A stretch of DNA of 64,000 nt. Origin: Camelus dromedarius (taxonomy: Eukaryota). Each line of letters starts with the position of its first letter. The first letter of the stretch is position 1. The position numbers were made by a program, and so were the translations under genes. The stretch lies in contig NC_087437.1 in the NCBI RefSeq assembly GCF_036321535.1, positions 33,420,001-33,484,000 of the forward strand. Reading direction: 5' to 3'. Positions 51,051-63,652 of the stretch are shown piece by piece. The notes beneath the pieces were generated by a model that was given only the letters and a program-made list of their open reading frames with translations, was not told the origin of the DNA and did not search any database.

Positions 51051-52968
51051 CCCAGGGTCTCATTTGTCTACATTGTTTTGCCTCATTTTTGTGCAGAGAG
51101 TAACCTCCTTATATTCCTCATGGCTTACATCCAATCCACTCTTTTACACTAAACCCACAAAAAATGGAGCGAGCCCGATCCCCTACGCAGAGATTACACT
51201 GTCACTAATTCTCCTCTGCCAGCCCTTCCAGCCAACCTATAGATCTTCACCCTCACTCCAGTTTATAAATTATGTATTTCTTGTACCAAATGCTCAAGAC
51301 TGTGTTAGCCAAGCGCCTTCCTGGAGTTTTTACAGACTGCTTTTTGGTTGAGAACATTCTGTTGTTATTGCTTTAAGATTCCGCCTCAGAACCGGAAGCT
51401 ACCGTGGGGTCATTTTCTTCAGCTTCCCTCCTGTATACAGTCTCCAAAACAGTCATGGCAGATGGGCACCCAGGCCATTCAAGCTCTAGGTAACTAAGGA
51501 ATATGATTTGAGAAAAAAAATAAATAAAAAGAAACCCAGTCCTTTCTCCCATGATATCCAGGCATGGTTTAAGATGCTGCCATTTGAAGACTTCCCTGGT
51601 GAGATTTGTCTTCTTCACCTAAATACTTGACTGAACACCATTACTTTTACAAGTCTTTTTTCGGTGACCACAAATGATTTTTTAAAATTATATAATTTTC
51701 AGGAGGAGAAGGATTGGTGAATAATGAAGTTGTGTGGCCAGAGACAACATGTTTGTCAGTATTCATAGTGTAATTCAAGTCTGTTTCCTGCCTTTGGAGT
51801 CTTAGACCCCTGGGGCTTTAGAGATGGAAGGAGCCTTACTGACCACCAGTCTGTCCCTCCTACTTACAGATAAGGCAGTGGAGGTTCAAAGTCAGGAAAT
51901 GACTTGCTCATTTGGAAAGATGTCATTTCTATTTTTTAGGGATAGTAAATTCAAAAGCATAATCTAAGTGCTGCCATTGGCCTTGGGATCCTGAGTAGAA
52001 AAACATTCCCATTTACTGACTCTTTTGGAAAGAAAAACAGAAGCTTGAGTATATTGATCCACATGGTCCTTAGTTTAAAATTAAGAAGGAAATTCTGATG
52101 TGTGTGTATGTGCATGTGCTTGCTGGTTTTTTTTTTTTTTTTCAGTAACAAGCTCTAAGAACTATAATCATTGGTTTCAGTTTCCCTACATTTATATGTA
52201 TGCGTTCTTTTATTCTTTTCTTTTCCTTTAATAGCATTATCTTTGACCTATTCATGGCATTTGTTTGAATGAAAAATTATAAATTTAATTTAAAAAAGAT
52301 GTACACAAGAAAGGCAGGCTTTTTTTTATTCATCAGGTATTTCTGGCACAAGGTCCGTGACACATGAGGTTCTCGGGAAAACAGAACAGATTGAGACCTG
52401 AATAATAAATCATGTGCTCCAGAATTCTTAAAGAACCCTTCAAAAATGAAATTAATAAATATTTAAACATCTCCTAAAAATAACATTATGTCAACTTCAT
52501 TAAGTGTTCAATTTAGTATGTATGAAAATTTCATTATATTGGAAAACATTTGAAGGTGAAATGTTCTTTCACAGTTGCCTAAGTCTGCATGGTAATTGCC
52601 AAGAAATCATTGACATTCTAAATTAAATGAGTTTTTGAGCCAGATAATTTCAAGGTAAAATTGCAAATTAAAAAATTTCATGTTCATTTTCATTTTCCTG
52701 CAGAGAAAATTATACTTACTATGTGACATGGGTACGATATGATATTATTTATGTGATGTGGTTGGAGGCCTCCTAGACTATCAAAATATGTGGGGTCTTT
52801 GAGGGGTTTAAAGCCTGTTTCAGGGGATAACAGAGGAAGTGGGAGAACTATAGTATAGTTTGCTAGGACGAGATTCTCTGGCAGTGCCCCCTAATGTTAC
52901 AAGAGTTACAAGAGTAACATTAATGGAGTGGAAGTGGGGGGCTGTGGTCACTGTTGCTATGAACAGAG

Positions 52969-53563
52969 TGTATTAGTTATCTACTGCTTTGTAACAGATT
53001 ACTACACATTTAGCAGCTAAAAACAACACATTTATTATCTTACAACTTTTGTGAGTCGAGAATCAAGGTGTCAGTTAAATGGTTCCTCTGCTGAAGGTCC
53101 CACAGGCTGCAATCAAAGGGTCATCCAGGCTGTGTTCTCATCTGGAGCCTCAACTGGGGAAATACCTACTTCTGAGCTCATTCAAATTGTTGGCAGAATT
53201 CATTTTTTTTGGTATTGTAGGACAAGACAGAGGGTCCTGCCTCCTTTCTAGCTGTCAGCTGGAGGCTGCCCTTGGCTCTTGGAGGCAACCCACCATTCCT
53301 AGAAGCTGCCTGCAGTTCTTTGCCATGCTGGCTTTCCCAGTGCTTACTTTATCAAATCAGCAAGGAGATTCTCTAGAGTAAGTCTGAAGGCAAGAAGGAG
53401 TCATATATCATAATGTAATTATGAGGATGACATTCCATTACCTTTGCCACATTCTGTAAATTAGAAGCAAGTCATAAGTTCCTTATATATTCACGGGGAG
53501 ATGACTACACAAAACTGTGAAAACCAGGAGTTGATGGTGCCACCTTAGAGTCTATTCAGCACA
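52969..53563 (-). mobile_element. MaLR solo LTR (MLT1E/F-like)
   Basis: TGtattagttatctactgct..cagcaCA; perfect 5-bp TSD cagag (52964-52968 and 53564-53568). Confidence 0.9.
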
Positions 53564-54539
53564 CAGAGAATGCTAGGACTCTATTCATTTGAATGAACTG
53601 ATCCAGCTTTTCTGATTAGGCGTTTAGAACAGTTCTGTTTTTGAAGAGAGTCACAGAACAAACCTAGAAGTGACCAGAACCACACTTCTATATCCTCCTT
53701 TCAGTGGCCTTTTCTAACCTTCCTGGGACCCTCTGCAGATGGCTTGCTAGCTCTCAAATGGTTAGCATTTCTACCAAAAGTGACGTACCCAAACTTGCCT
53801 TTCTCCTCTCTCAGCAACAGTCCATGCAGACGACTAGCTCCTTTCCCACCATCAAAAAATTACCCACACCTTGTTTAACTTCCTCAAGTCTCTATCAGCA
53901 GTTGGGAAAATGTTCTTATACTGTTAAATGTTGCCTTATAAGACAACACAAACCCAGAAATTCAGAGTTGATCATTTTATTTTTGTCCAATTTAGATTGC
54001 ATTTCCATGCTAATAGGGGCCACACTGTGTCAGCTCAGAGTTAAAGGAATTATGGGGATTTTTGTCATCAAGGCAAATCCACTTGGAAAGATGTTTGGGT
54101 GGATTATGCCAAATGCAGGCCACAAAATTACACTTCCTGGACAGTTGGCTTGTGTTCATGGGGACAGGAACTCTGGCCAACCCCCCCTTCAAAAAAACCC
54201 AAAAGACAAAAAACAAAAAAAGATTATTTTGTGGGAATTATCTGACCTGATTGGATGTGCTTGGTTTTATGCCTTTGGCACCTGTTTTGAATGCAGCCAT
54301 CTTTCAGCTGATACTTTCTCCTAGATTTTCGTGCTTACCCTTTGGGTTTGACGTTTCTTACAAAATTTCCTTGGTAGCAGCCTCTGGCCTCTCATAACTC
54401 TACTTTCCTTTCTGGAAAAAGTTTTTCTGTGTTACCCGTGCTCCTGGCATCTGGTTTCAGCCCAACCCCATCCCCTTTATTCACTTGAGATTGTAGTGAC
54501 TTTACCTCAATCTGCAGCCCCATGGAGGAAATACTAGAC

Positions 54540-54930
54540 TGTGTGGTCAAGATAGCATTGCCAGCTACTAAAACAATATTTCAGGAGCTGAATAGGGTAG
54601 GAATTTACTTCTTACTGATATAACTGGATAATACAGGTGTTCCTGGTCAGACAGCTCTCCCAGAGATGCAGTGATGCTAGGACCTAGGCTCCTTCCATGT
54701 CGTAGCTCTGCCTTCTTAAGCAGATAGCTCCCTTGATCACTGTGCTTATCTGCATCAAGCCATTGAAAGGGAAAGCTTATGAAAGATTGTGCATAAAAGG
54801 TTTTTATGGGCTAAGCAATGTCCATCGTGCCTCACTTTCACTGGCCACACCCAAATGCAGAGGAGTCTGGGAAATGTGATCCGTGTGGCTAGGGAGAAGG
54901 GAAAAACTTAGCTCGCAGTCTCTGCCATGT
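54540..54930 (-). mobile_element. Old MaLR LTR (MLT1I/J-like)
   Basis: ggacctaggctccttccat..cactggccaca..gaggagtctgggaaatgtga. Confidence 0.6.
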
Positions 54931-55054
54931 GGAATCTTTTGGCAACCATGAAGCTATACCCACATGTGTACTGGGAAAACTTAGTGGGCAGCACTTTTGA
55001 AAAAAGGACAATAACCAGTGGGTTTTTTAAATTGAATATTGCATTGAAACGTAG

Positions 55055-55280
55055 AAAACTTAGTATGTTTCAGATACTACTCTAAGTGCCTTTCAAATAA
55101 TAACTCATTTAATCCTTATACAACCCTATGGAGCAGTCCTGTTATTATCCTCATTTACGGACGAGAAAACTAAGGCACAGAGTAGTTAAGTACGTTGCTC
55201 AAGGTAGTAGCACCAGAAAATGGCAAGAGTGAGGATTTCCTGGCTTCACAGCCTGTGTTTCACCGGTATGCTACACAGAC
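55055..55280 (-). mobile_element. MIR SINE
   Basis: aactcatttaatcctt..catttacggacgagaaaactaaggcacagag. Confidence 0.88.
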
Positions 55281-56150
55281 TGTCCAACTTCATCCCCACT
55301 GTGATTCTTTCATCAGAATAGATTTTTTTCATTGATAAGGAGATGGGGTATCTTCCTTAGCACGGCCCTCTGAGGAAAGACAGGATTATTCCCATTTTAT
55401 TGGTTGTGCAGTGCAGTTCACAGAAATTGATGAGCCTCCCCAAACCACACAACCAGAGCAGCAAATTGCTATCCCTGTGGGAGGAATTCCGCTTTGTATT
55501 GAATTCGACAGTTCTCACAGCCACATCTGGCTTTTATTGGTGGAGCTTTGAACGTGCTCCTTTTAGAGAGCATTTTGGTGCTACTTTTATAGCAAAAATG
55601 TGAATATCTGAGGCAGAAGACTTAGTTAATCCAAGAAGGGCAGGGCAGGACTATGAATTAACTTCAGTTGTTGTTCCCTTCAAGCCGTCAGGAGGTCTTC
55701 GGCATGGTGTGAATTAGCAGCGCAAGTACCAAGAATCTTTCCCCGTCAGGTAATGCCAGCAACCACTCATATCAAGGAATGCAGTAAGTGTTAGAAAATC
55801 CTTCACATGACTCAGGTTGACTTACTGTTGAAAAATAATACATAGAGCTATTGATGTGACCTTCAAACTTCTTTGTGAGTGAAGGTTACAAAGAGTATGA
55901 AAGAATATTCTACAGCAGTGATCTGACCTTTACACTTCATGTAGCAGTCAATGAACAATACCTAAAGATCTGTCTTTTAAACTTTTGCCTTGAGTTTTCA
56001 GATTTTGTCAGATTTATCATAGGACAATGATGCCTTTAAAAATGTAATACAAACAAAAAAATTTTGGACAGTATCTCTGCTTTAACGTTTTAATTATACT
56101 TGTAAAATAATTCTGTAATTTTAGCTGTTCTTAATTTTTGACTTATTGAC

Positions 56151-56500
56151 TATCTTAGTCCATTCAGGCTGCTGTAACAAAATACCATAGACTAGGTGGC
56201 TTATGAACAACAAACATTGATTTCTCTGGAGGCTGGAAAGTCTAAGATCAAGGCATTGGCAGATTCAGTGTCCGGTGAGAGCTCTCTTTCTGGTTCATAG
56301 AAGGCTGTCTTCTTGCTATGTCCTCACACGGTGGAAGAGGAGAGAGCTCTTTGGGTCTCTTGTGAAGGCACTAATCCCATTCGTGAGGGGTCCACCTTCA
56401 GGACCTCATCGTCGCTTGAAAAGGCCTCACCTCCTAATACCATCACGTTGAGGGGTAGAATTCAACACACGAGTTTTGGGAGGATGCAAACATTCTGACA
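56151..56500 (-). mobile_element. MaLR solo LTR (MLT1A-like)
   Basis: tcttagtccattcaggctgctgtaacaaaatacc..ggaggctggaaagtctaagatcaagg..cctaataccatcac. Confidence 0.9.
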
Positions 56501-57189
56501 ACTGATCCTTTTATTTGAATTCCAAGACCATGTACCTGTTCTCTCTGAGTTAAGTTATGAGTTTATTAGTGCCTATTTTATAAATGACAAGATTCTAACA
56601 GGTAAAAAATGATTCTGTCTTAAGAAGTCTATTTTTCATCTTTAATGCACTCAGTATAAAAAATATAATAAATCTCTTTTTAAAAAGGGGAAAGGTTTTT
56701 AAAAAACCTTTTAAGATTTTTAAAAGGAAATTGTAAACACAAAACAAATGGGCCTAGAATTTTTATTGTTCCAACAAAACCCTTTATATTTCTGCATATC
56801 TCTCATCTATACAAAAACTAGTATCTTAAGAATACTTTGAATTTGGAGGTGAATTTCATAAACATCATTCGATTTAATGTATTCACCACAGCTATGGGAA
56901 GTGAATATAATCATAATCCTGAGTAAGGATAAGATTAAGAGACAGAGGCCCCAAGATGCTCAGGGACTCGAGTGTGTTTCACCGCACGCATGGGGCAGCT
57001 TGAGGCCCCGTTTTTTCACAGGGACTCAGGGTCTGGGCTTTCCTGCCTCTTCTTCCTGCTGGCAGAGAGTTAATGTGACTGTTTTTACTAAAACATGGTC
57101 ACTTAGGGTCAGTATAGGAGGGAAGAGCCTTCTGCACGTTCCCAGGAATCTGCCAGGCATTCCAGCCTCCTCAAAAAGAACGGCAACCT

Positions 57190-57350
57190 CATGGTAACTC
57201 TTTGTGGGCAGTGCTACTATCCTTCTTTCTATAGGTGAACCCCCTGAAACTTACAAAGATTACATGACTTACCCAAGGGTTCATGGTTAATAACAGTAAA
57301 ATCAGAATTCAAGCCTCCATTCATTTAGACCAAAACTCTCTGCTTTCCCT
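57190..57350 (-). mobile_element. MIR fragment
   Basis: gattacatgacttacccaagg..cagaattcaagcc. Confidence 0.65.
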
Positions 57351-57654
57351 ATATGTGTTCCAAAATAAAACTTCTGTTTTAAATACTGTGTGTATGCTTA
57401 GACCTACCTATAACAGCAAATATTAGATAACTAGGATCTGGTACCTGCCTCAGGCTTACCCATTACCTGAATGAGGAGAAATTGGTCATTAGCATGGGCC
57501 TTGTGTCGAGGTTGTATGTGAGCATTGTTGGATCAGGTGGGTGTGTTCATGTCCACTTTATATTCCTTCACATCTACATCTGAGCTTTCCTGGTGGGTGG
57601 GTTCCATTGCTTTTGGATGAGACTATTCCTTTTCCTATTTAGAAATAATACCTT

Positions 57655-58850
57655 TTTTTTTGTATATATATATTGTTATTGAAATATAGTCAATTTACAA
57701 TGCTGTGTGAATTTCTGGTGTACAGCATAAAGCTTCAGTCATACATGAACATATATATATATATTCGTTTTCATATTCCTTTTCACCACAAGTTACTACA
57801 AGACACCATTCCCTGTGCTATACAGTATGAACCCAGTGCTTATCCACTTTATATTTATTAGTATATGCAAATCTCAAACTCCCAATTTATCCCTTCTCAC
57901 CTCCTTCCCCGCTGGTAACCATAAGTTTGTTTTTTTATGTCTGTGAGTCTTTCTGTTTTAAAAATAAGTTCATTTATCTACTTTTTTTAGATTCCACATG
58001 TAAGTGATATCATATGATATTTTTCTTAATCTTTCTGGCTTACTTCACTTAGAATGTCAATCTCCAGGTCCATCTATGTTGCCGCAAATGGCATTATTTC
58101 ATAATTTTTTATAGCTGAGTAATACTCCATTATATAAATATACTATGGCTTCTTTATCCAGTCATCTGTTGATGGACATTTAGGTTGTTTTCATGTCTTA
58201 GCTATTGTAAATAGTGCTGCTGTGAACACTGGGGTGCATGTATCTTTTTGAGTTAAGATTCCCTCTGGACATATGCCCAGGAGTGGGATTGCTGGATCAT
58301 ATGGTAAGTCTGTTTTTAGTCTTTTGAGGAATCTCCATACTGTATTCTATAAGAGCTGCACCAAACTACATTCCCACCAGCAGTGTAGGAGGGTTCCCTT
58401 TTTCCCACAGCCTCTCCAGCATTTATCATTTGTGGACTTCTGAATGATGGCCATTCTGACTGGTTTGAGGTGATACTTCACTGTAGTTTTGATTTGCATT
58501 TCTCTGATAATTAGCGATATTGAGCATTTTATCATGTGCCTATTAACCATTTGTATGTCTCCATTGTGGAGTTGCTTGCTTAGGTCTTCTGCCCATTTTT
58601 GGATTGGGTTGTTTGTTTGTTATTAAGTTGTATGAGCTATTTGTATATTATGGAAATTAAGCCCTTGTTAGTCTCATCTTTTGCAAATATTTTCTCCCAT
58701 TCCATAGGTTGTTGTTTTGTTTTGCTTATGGTTTCCTTAGGTGTGCAAAAGCTTGTAAGTATAATTAGGTCCCATTTGTTTATTTTTGCTCTTATTCCTA
58801 TTGCCTGGGTAGACTGCCCTAGGAGAACATTGCTGAGATCTGTGTCAGAT
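57655..58850 (-). mobile_element. Young 5'-truncated L1 (ORF2 C-terminus and 3' UTR)
   Basis: ORFs 58347-58550 ([33 protein letters not shown]) and 58637-58882 (KINKWDLI..SFCTPKET..EWEKIFA) are L1 ORF2-like. Confidence 0.95.
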
Positions 58851-59879
58851 ATGGAATTGATACTCTTGACCTGATACTCCATAGTTGATTTTGTGTATAT
58901 ATTTATTTGTAGTGTGTGTTAAGAAAAGTAATTGCAGGGTTTCTTTATAAAATAGTGATTGATTTTTATATGAGAAGCAGTTATTTGCTTCCAACAATGA
59001 GATCCTGAAAACAAGACCTAGGACTTATTTGTCACTTGGCCTAGAATTGAACAATTATCTTTTCTTTGAGATCTTGAAACAATGCCTTTATTTACTTAAG
59101 AAGCCAAACTAACATTTAAGTAAATCTATACATTTGCATTTATATCTTTATAAAATGGATTTCCCTGAGTAAGGGAAGAATATGAAATCAAGGAGCATTT
59201 TTTTTTCTTCTTTGTGTTCTGCTTAGTAAGAATGTTGGGTTCTTATTTACATTTATGCTTACTTTTATTTGTACTGACATATTGATGGAAAAGTGAATTC
59301 TGTTAGTTCTGTCAACATTTTGGTCCTGAAGTAACATAATTAAAAAAATAAATGAATTAACTATTTTTGTCTTAATTTCCTTCTTTATAGAACTATATTT
59401 GAAAACATCACAAAAATGTATTTTGTATGATGGCATATTGTTGGCCCTTTTACTGTGTGATGTGTGCCTTGAATGTATCCCAACTTCTCACTCTGGTGTC
59501 ATGGACTGTTTCTTTTTCCCTGGTGTTACTAATTATATCTTCCCTATCAAGCTGCTAAATGATCCCATTTCATGAGGTCTGGCTCACTGCTGTTCCCCCC
59601 AGGCTGAAGTCTACTTGCCAAAGTCCTGCTTGGATGGCTGACTCTACTCAGCAGCTGAGGGATAACAGGTTGCCAAATGTTGGGGCAATTGCTACCAAGA
59701 CCAGCAGGAGAAATGCCCTGTGAGCTTGCTAAGGAACCCAGGAACCCAGTAGCAGTGGGTGGGGATACCTGTTGCGGGTCAGCTCAGCAGAAAGGTCCTC
59801 TTTACACATACATCCCCTTGAAGCTACTGCCAACGAGGCAGGTCTTAAACAACACTTGCTGAAACTCAGTCTCACTTGG

Positions 59880-60090
59880 CTCTGCATGCATTGTTTTCCT
59901 ATAGCTGTGTCACAGACTGTGTGGATTAGATTTGGAGGCAGCATTATGCCCATTTTACTAATGAACACATCATATCATTATCATATCATATTGTATATTA
60001 TATCGTATCATATCAGACATGTTGCCTAAGTTCCACATCCAGTGGTGGACAGGGCCAGGATCAAAACTCAGGTCTTCTGACTGAGCCGCC
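59880..60090 (-). mobile_element. MIR containing an imperfect (TATCA)n tract at about 59969-60015
   Basis: attatgcccatttta..ttgcctaagttccaca..ccaggatcaaaactcaggtcttctgact. Confidence 0.75.
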
Positions 60091-60129
60091 TAAAGTCATT
60101 GTTAGAGAATGGTAGGATATAAATTAAAC

Positions 60130-60410
60130 ATTTTTAGTAGACTTTATTTTTAGAGCAGTTTTAGATTCACAGCAAAATTGAATGGAAGTATAGCTTCCCC
60201 TGCCCCTGTTCACACACGCGGCCTCGCTCAGTGTGCACGGCCCACCGGAGTGGTGCACTTGCTGCAGCCAGTGAGCCTGCATTGACACATCATCACCTGG
60301 AGTGACAGTTTACATTAGAGCTCATTCATGGTGTTGGGCATTCTGTGGGTTCTGACAAATGTATAATGAGAAGAATCCTCCATTTGTGGTACCACACAGA
60401 ATAGTTGTGA
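60130..60410 (-). mobile_element. Old L1 (L1MC1-like) 3' end
   Basis: agactttatttttagagcagttttagattcacagcaaaattga..cattgacacatcat. Confidence 0.85.
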
Positions 60411-60909
60411 ATTTTTTAAAGAGTAATGAAAAAGGTCTTCTGATTCTAAGTCTAGCGACTCTTCCATGGACCGCAGCTGCGCCAGCAACATCAGGAACAG
60501 CAAAGGCAGGCCCAGAGATGGAAAGCTGTGGCTGGGCTGCAATAGAGAGGCCGCGTGCAGAGATCTGTGGGTCGCTCACTGGGTTGCTACAAACCTCTAG
60601 CATCTTCCAGATTTTGAATAACACTGTATGTAAGATATGATCACACTTTAAAAATTCTGTCCCATGTCTATAGTGCTAAATCATTAGGTGGTTTCCATAG
60701 AGACACCTCAGAGCAAAGTATGGGATGTGAAAGGAAGTGTTCAACACCGGCAGGGTTATATAGGGGTTCTCAGTGCAGGCTGTGGAATGAAAGGGCTTGA
60801 GCTTCTCTCTTGCTTCTGCCACACACTAACTGGGAAACATTAGACATATTGTTCTGCTGTCCTGTGCCTCACTTTTTTCATCTGTAAAATGAGAGTGGTG
60901 GTGCCCACC

Positions 60910-61369
60910 TGTGCCAGTTTCCTACGGCTGCCACAACAAAGTACCACAAACTGGGAGGCTTAAAACAATAGGAATTTATTCTCTCATGCTTCTGGAGGTT
61001 AGAAATCTGAAATCAAGGCATCAGCATGGCTATGTTCCCTCCGAAACCTGTCGGGGAAAATCCTTCCTTCCTTCTTCCTGGCTTCCAGTGGTTTGCTGGA
61101 ACTCGTTGCCATCTCATGGCTTGCCACTGTACCACTTCAAACTTTGCCTTTGTCATCACTTGGCATTCTCCCCTCATGTATTTCTGTCTCTTTTCTTCTC
61201 CTCCTCTTATAAAAAAATCATATTGGATTAGGGCCCATCCTAATTAATTATAACCTCATTTCAACTTGATTACACTTCAAAAACCCTATTTCCAAATAAA
61301 GTCTAAGTCATAGGTTCTAGGAGTTAGGACTTCAACATTTTGAGGGGGTACATAATTCAACCCATAATA
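60910..61369 (-). mobile_element. MaLR solo LTR (MLT1C/D-like) nested in a MIR (about 60750-61410)
   Basis: tgtgccagtttcctacggctgccacaacaaagtaccacaaactgg..ttaggacttcaaca..aattcaacccataa; MIR core tcatctgtaaaatg before it and ctcatag after it. Confidence 0.88.
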
Positions 61370-61439
61370 CTCCCTCATAGATCTGATGTGATGAAATAAT
61401 GTGCATGAAACTGTACGTGTTTTCCATCATCATTATCAA

Positions 61440-62420
61440 ATCCATCCATTCAATCAGCAAATACATATTGAGGGCCCAAGAAGTGCCAGATATGGTACCA
61501 GAGGTGGAAGATAAAATTACAAATAAAACAGAGTCCCTGACCTCATCTTAGAGTCTACTTAGAAATGTAGACATCAAGTGACTATTTTACTACATGTGAA
61601 GAAGAGACACCAGGTGCCTTGGGGAAGAATAATAGAGAAATGTCAAAGAATAACACAACCTTGTAGAGGATGGCAAGGCATAAACCTGCTATCACCCCCA
61701 TAAGTGACAAAAGTAGATCATGAACCTTAATGGATAAGAGCAAAACAGCTTATTAATCATGGCACATTAAACAGCATAAATTTCAGTAGAATTGCATTGT
61801 TCCCAAGTCCCAGGTGGTGATGGTGGGCCCAGATGAATGCTAAGCACCCAGTAGATTTGTGTCACAGCTGAGAAACCCATGGTCAAAGGCCCAGCACTTT
61901 TTACAGCAAGCAGTAAGCAAGCCTGCTGTTTGTCTAGAGGGACGTGCTACCTCATCTGTCTAAGATAGCCAGCTGCATAAACAATCCTGAGAAATGGTCT
62001 GGGTGAAAGCATGGTCAAGCGCTTTGCAGACTTGGTCCATTCAGGATGATACATAGGAGTGCCAGAGGTCCAGAGAGGACTGCTTTCCAACAGGGACAAG
62101 ATCTCACCTGGGGATTCTAGGAAGGCTTCCGTAAGGAAATTATATTTAAGAATGGGATTGGAAAAAAAAGATCAGGGTGTTAATCAGGCAAAGGAGAATG
62201 TGGGTGAGAAGACCCTGTGCAGAGAGGAGAGCCTGAGCAGTCGGGTTGTGATATTTGGAAGTCCGGGGAGGCTGAGGGGCATCAAATGAGGAGCTGGGGA
62301 CGGACAGTGAGATTGGAGAGCTGGGCAGGGCAGATCCCACAGAACCTGGTAGGACATATTAAGGATTTTGATCTGCATACAAGACTGATGGGAAACCATC
62401 AGAGAGCTCTAAGTGGTAGA
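61440..62420 (-). mobile_element. L2 split by an LTR-like insert
   Basis: atccatccattcaatcagcaaatacatattgag start; resumes aggaaggcttcc..aaggattttgatct..gggaaaccatcagag. Confidence 0.75.
61662..62092. mobile_element. Probable ERVL-class solo LTR, family unassigned
   Basis: About 430-bp TG..CA segment interrupting the L2; no clear TSD. Confidence 0.5.
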
Positions 62421-63554
62421 AAATGGAACTGTTTATTAGAATAATAAAACTCCTCTTTAAAATGTTGACAATCAAGAAGAATTTTCTATCTGTAATTAGG
62501 ACTATAAATAATGAAGTAGCTTACATCATTTGCATTAGAGCCCATATTTACTTTGAGAAATTTCTGATTAGCCAAGAGAGTAGAACAAATATTGTTAAAA
62601 TATAGTAAATATTTTCAGGTAATTAAAATTGAAAATTGATATTTGAATAAATTCTCTTTACAAGTTAGAGATAAGATTTTGATAAATAAATTACCAACCA
62701 AAGTCGTATTTTCCTTCCAGATCAGCTATATGCAAAGCACAGTGATAGACCCTGCTAGAATTATTTAGATATCTCATACACTCAGATTTTAATTATATGT
62801 TAAGTCATGAATTTGTCTACTTTTATGAAATAAATTATTTATGATGACATATTAGAACATGTTCCATTGCCCTTTTATTACTTTGAATGTGTGCAGTTTA
62901 ATCAGGTCCAGTTGTACCTTTTTGTTGTTGCTAAAGGAAATGAAAATGAAGGATTAAGGTCCTCCTTTAGTCTGTCTATCCTGTCTGTTCATTTGGTTGG
63001 AGTAACTCGAGGCATGGAGTAATTGACTATATTGCATTTTGCAGAGTCCTCACCAGTCATGTCTCTGCAGTCTAACTATGTTATTATTCTGTTTCCTCCA
63101 TTGAACAGCTGGTTGTCACAGTTCCTTGAAATGGAGGGTAATTATTTGACTCAATTTTGTTTTTCAGTTTTCAGTCTTAGTCAAAAACCAGCGACTGCCA
63201 GTTGAACTGATCATGGTTCAGTCCATTTCCTGAGGGTTCCCAGGGATCATTCAGAGGTGAAAACTGCTTGTTATTGGTACCCCCAAGAGAACATGGGATC
63301 TAGTGTTCTTCACAGCAGGTACCCACGGCCCCAATAACTATCAGTGAGAAGGCTGTGTTGTTTAGATATTGATGATGGTAAATGCTTGAAGAGCTGGTTG
63401 TCACCTAGAGGCCATGTACTAGGGACACAGAACTTTTATTTTAGGACTTTATTGCCAAGTGATGGCTCAAAATTTGTAGTATTGGCTTTGTCACATCCTA
63501 GTGAGCCTTTTTATACTCTTAATGATTTGATCCTTACAAGTGATTTTTTAAGCT

Positions 63555-63627
63555 ACAGACATACAGTCTGAGAGGATCCAATTATTGGATATCTCAATAA
63601 TTGGATCCTCTCAGACTGTATGTCTGT
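63555..63627. repeat. Perfect inverted repeat: 33-bp arms, 7-nt spacer
   Basis: acagacatacagtctgagaggatccaattattg-gatatct-caataattggatcctctcagactgtatgtctgt. Confidence 0.98.
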
Positions 63628-63628
63628 G

Positions 63629-63652
63629 TATATATATATATATATATATATA
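63629..63652. repeat. (TA)12 microsatellite
   Basis: Uninterrupted TA run directly after the inverted repeat. Confidence 0.95.

Noticed and set aside
53704..54324. Longest ORF (206 aa)
   Set aside because: GTG start, no recognisable domain, runs through A-tracts and has no convincing splice boundaries; consistent with a chance ORF.
56685..56725. aaaggtttttaaaaaacctttt quasi-palindrome
   Set aside because: Low-complexity A/T runs, expected by chance.
58347..58882. Retroelement-like ORFs
   Set aside because: Frameshifted C-terminal fragments of L1 ORF2 in a 5'-truncated copy, not a gene.
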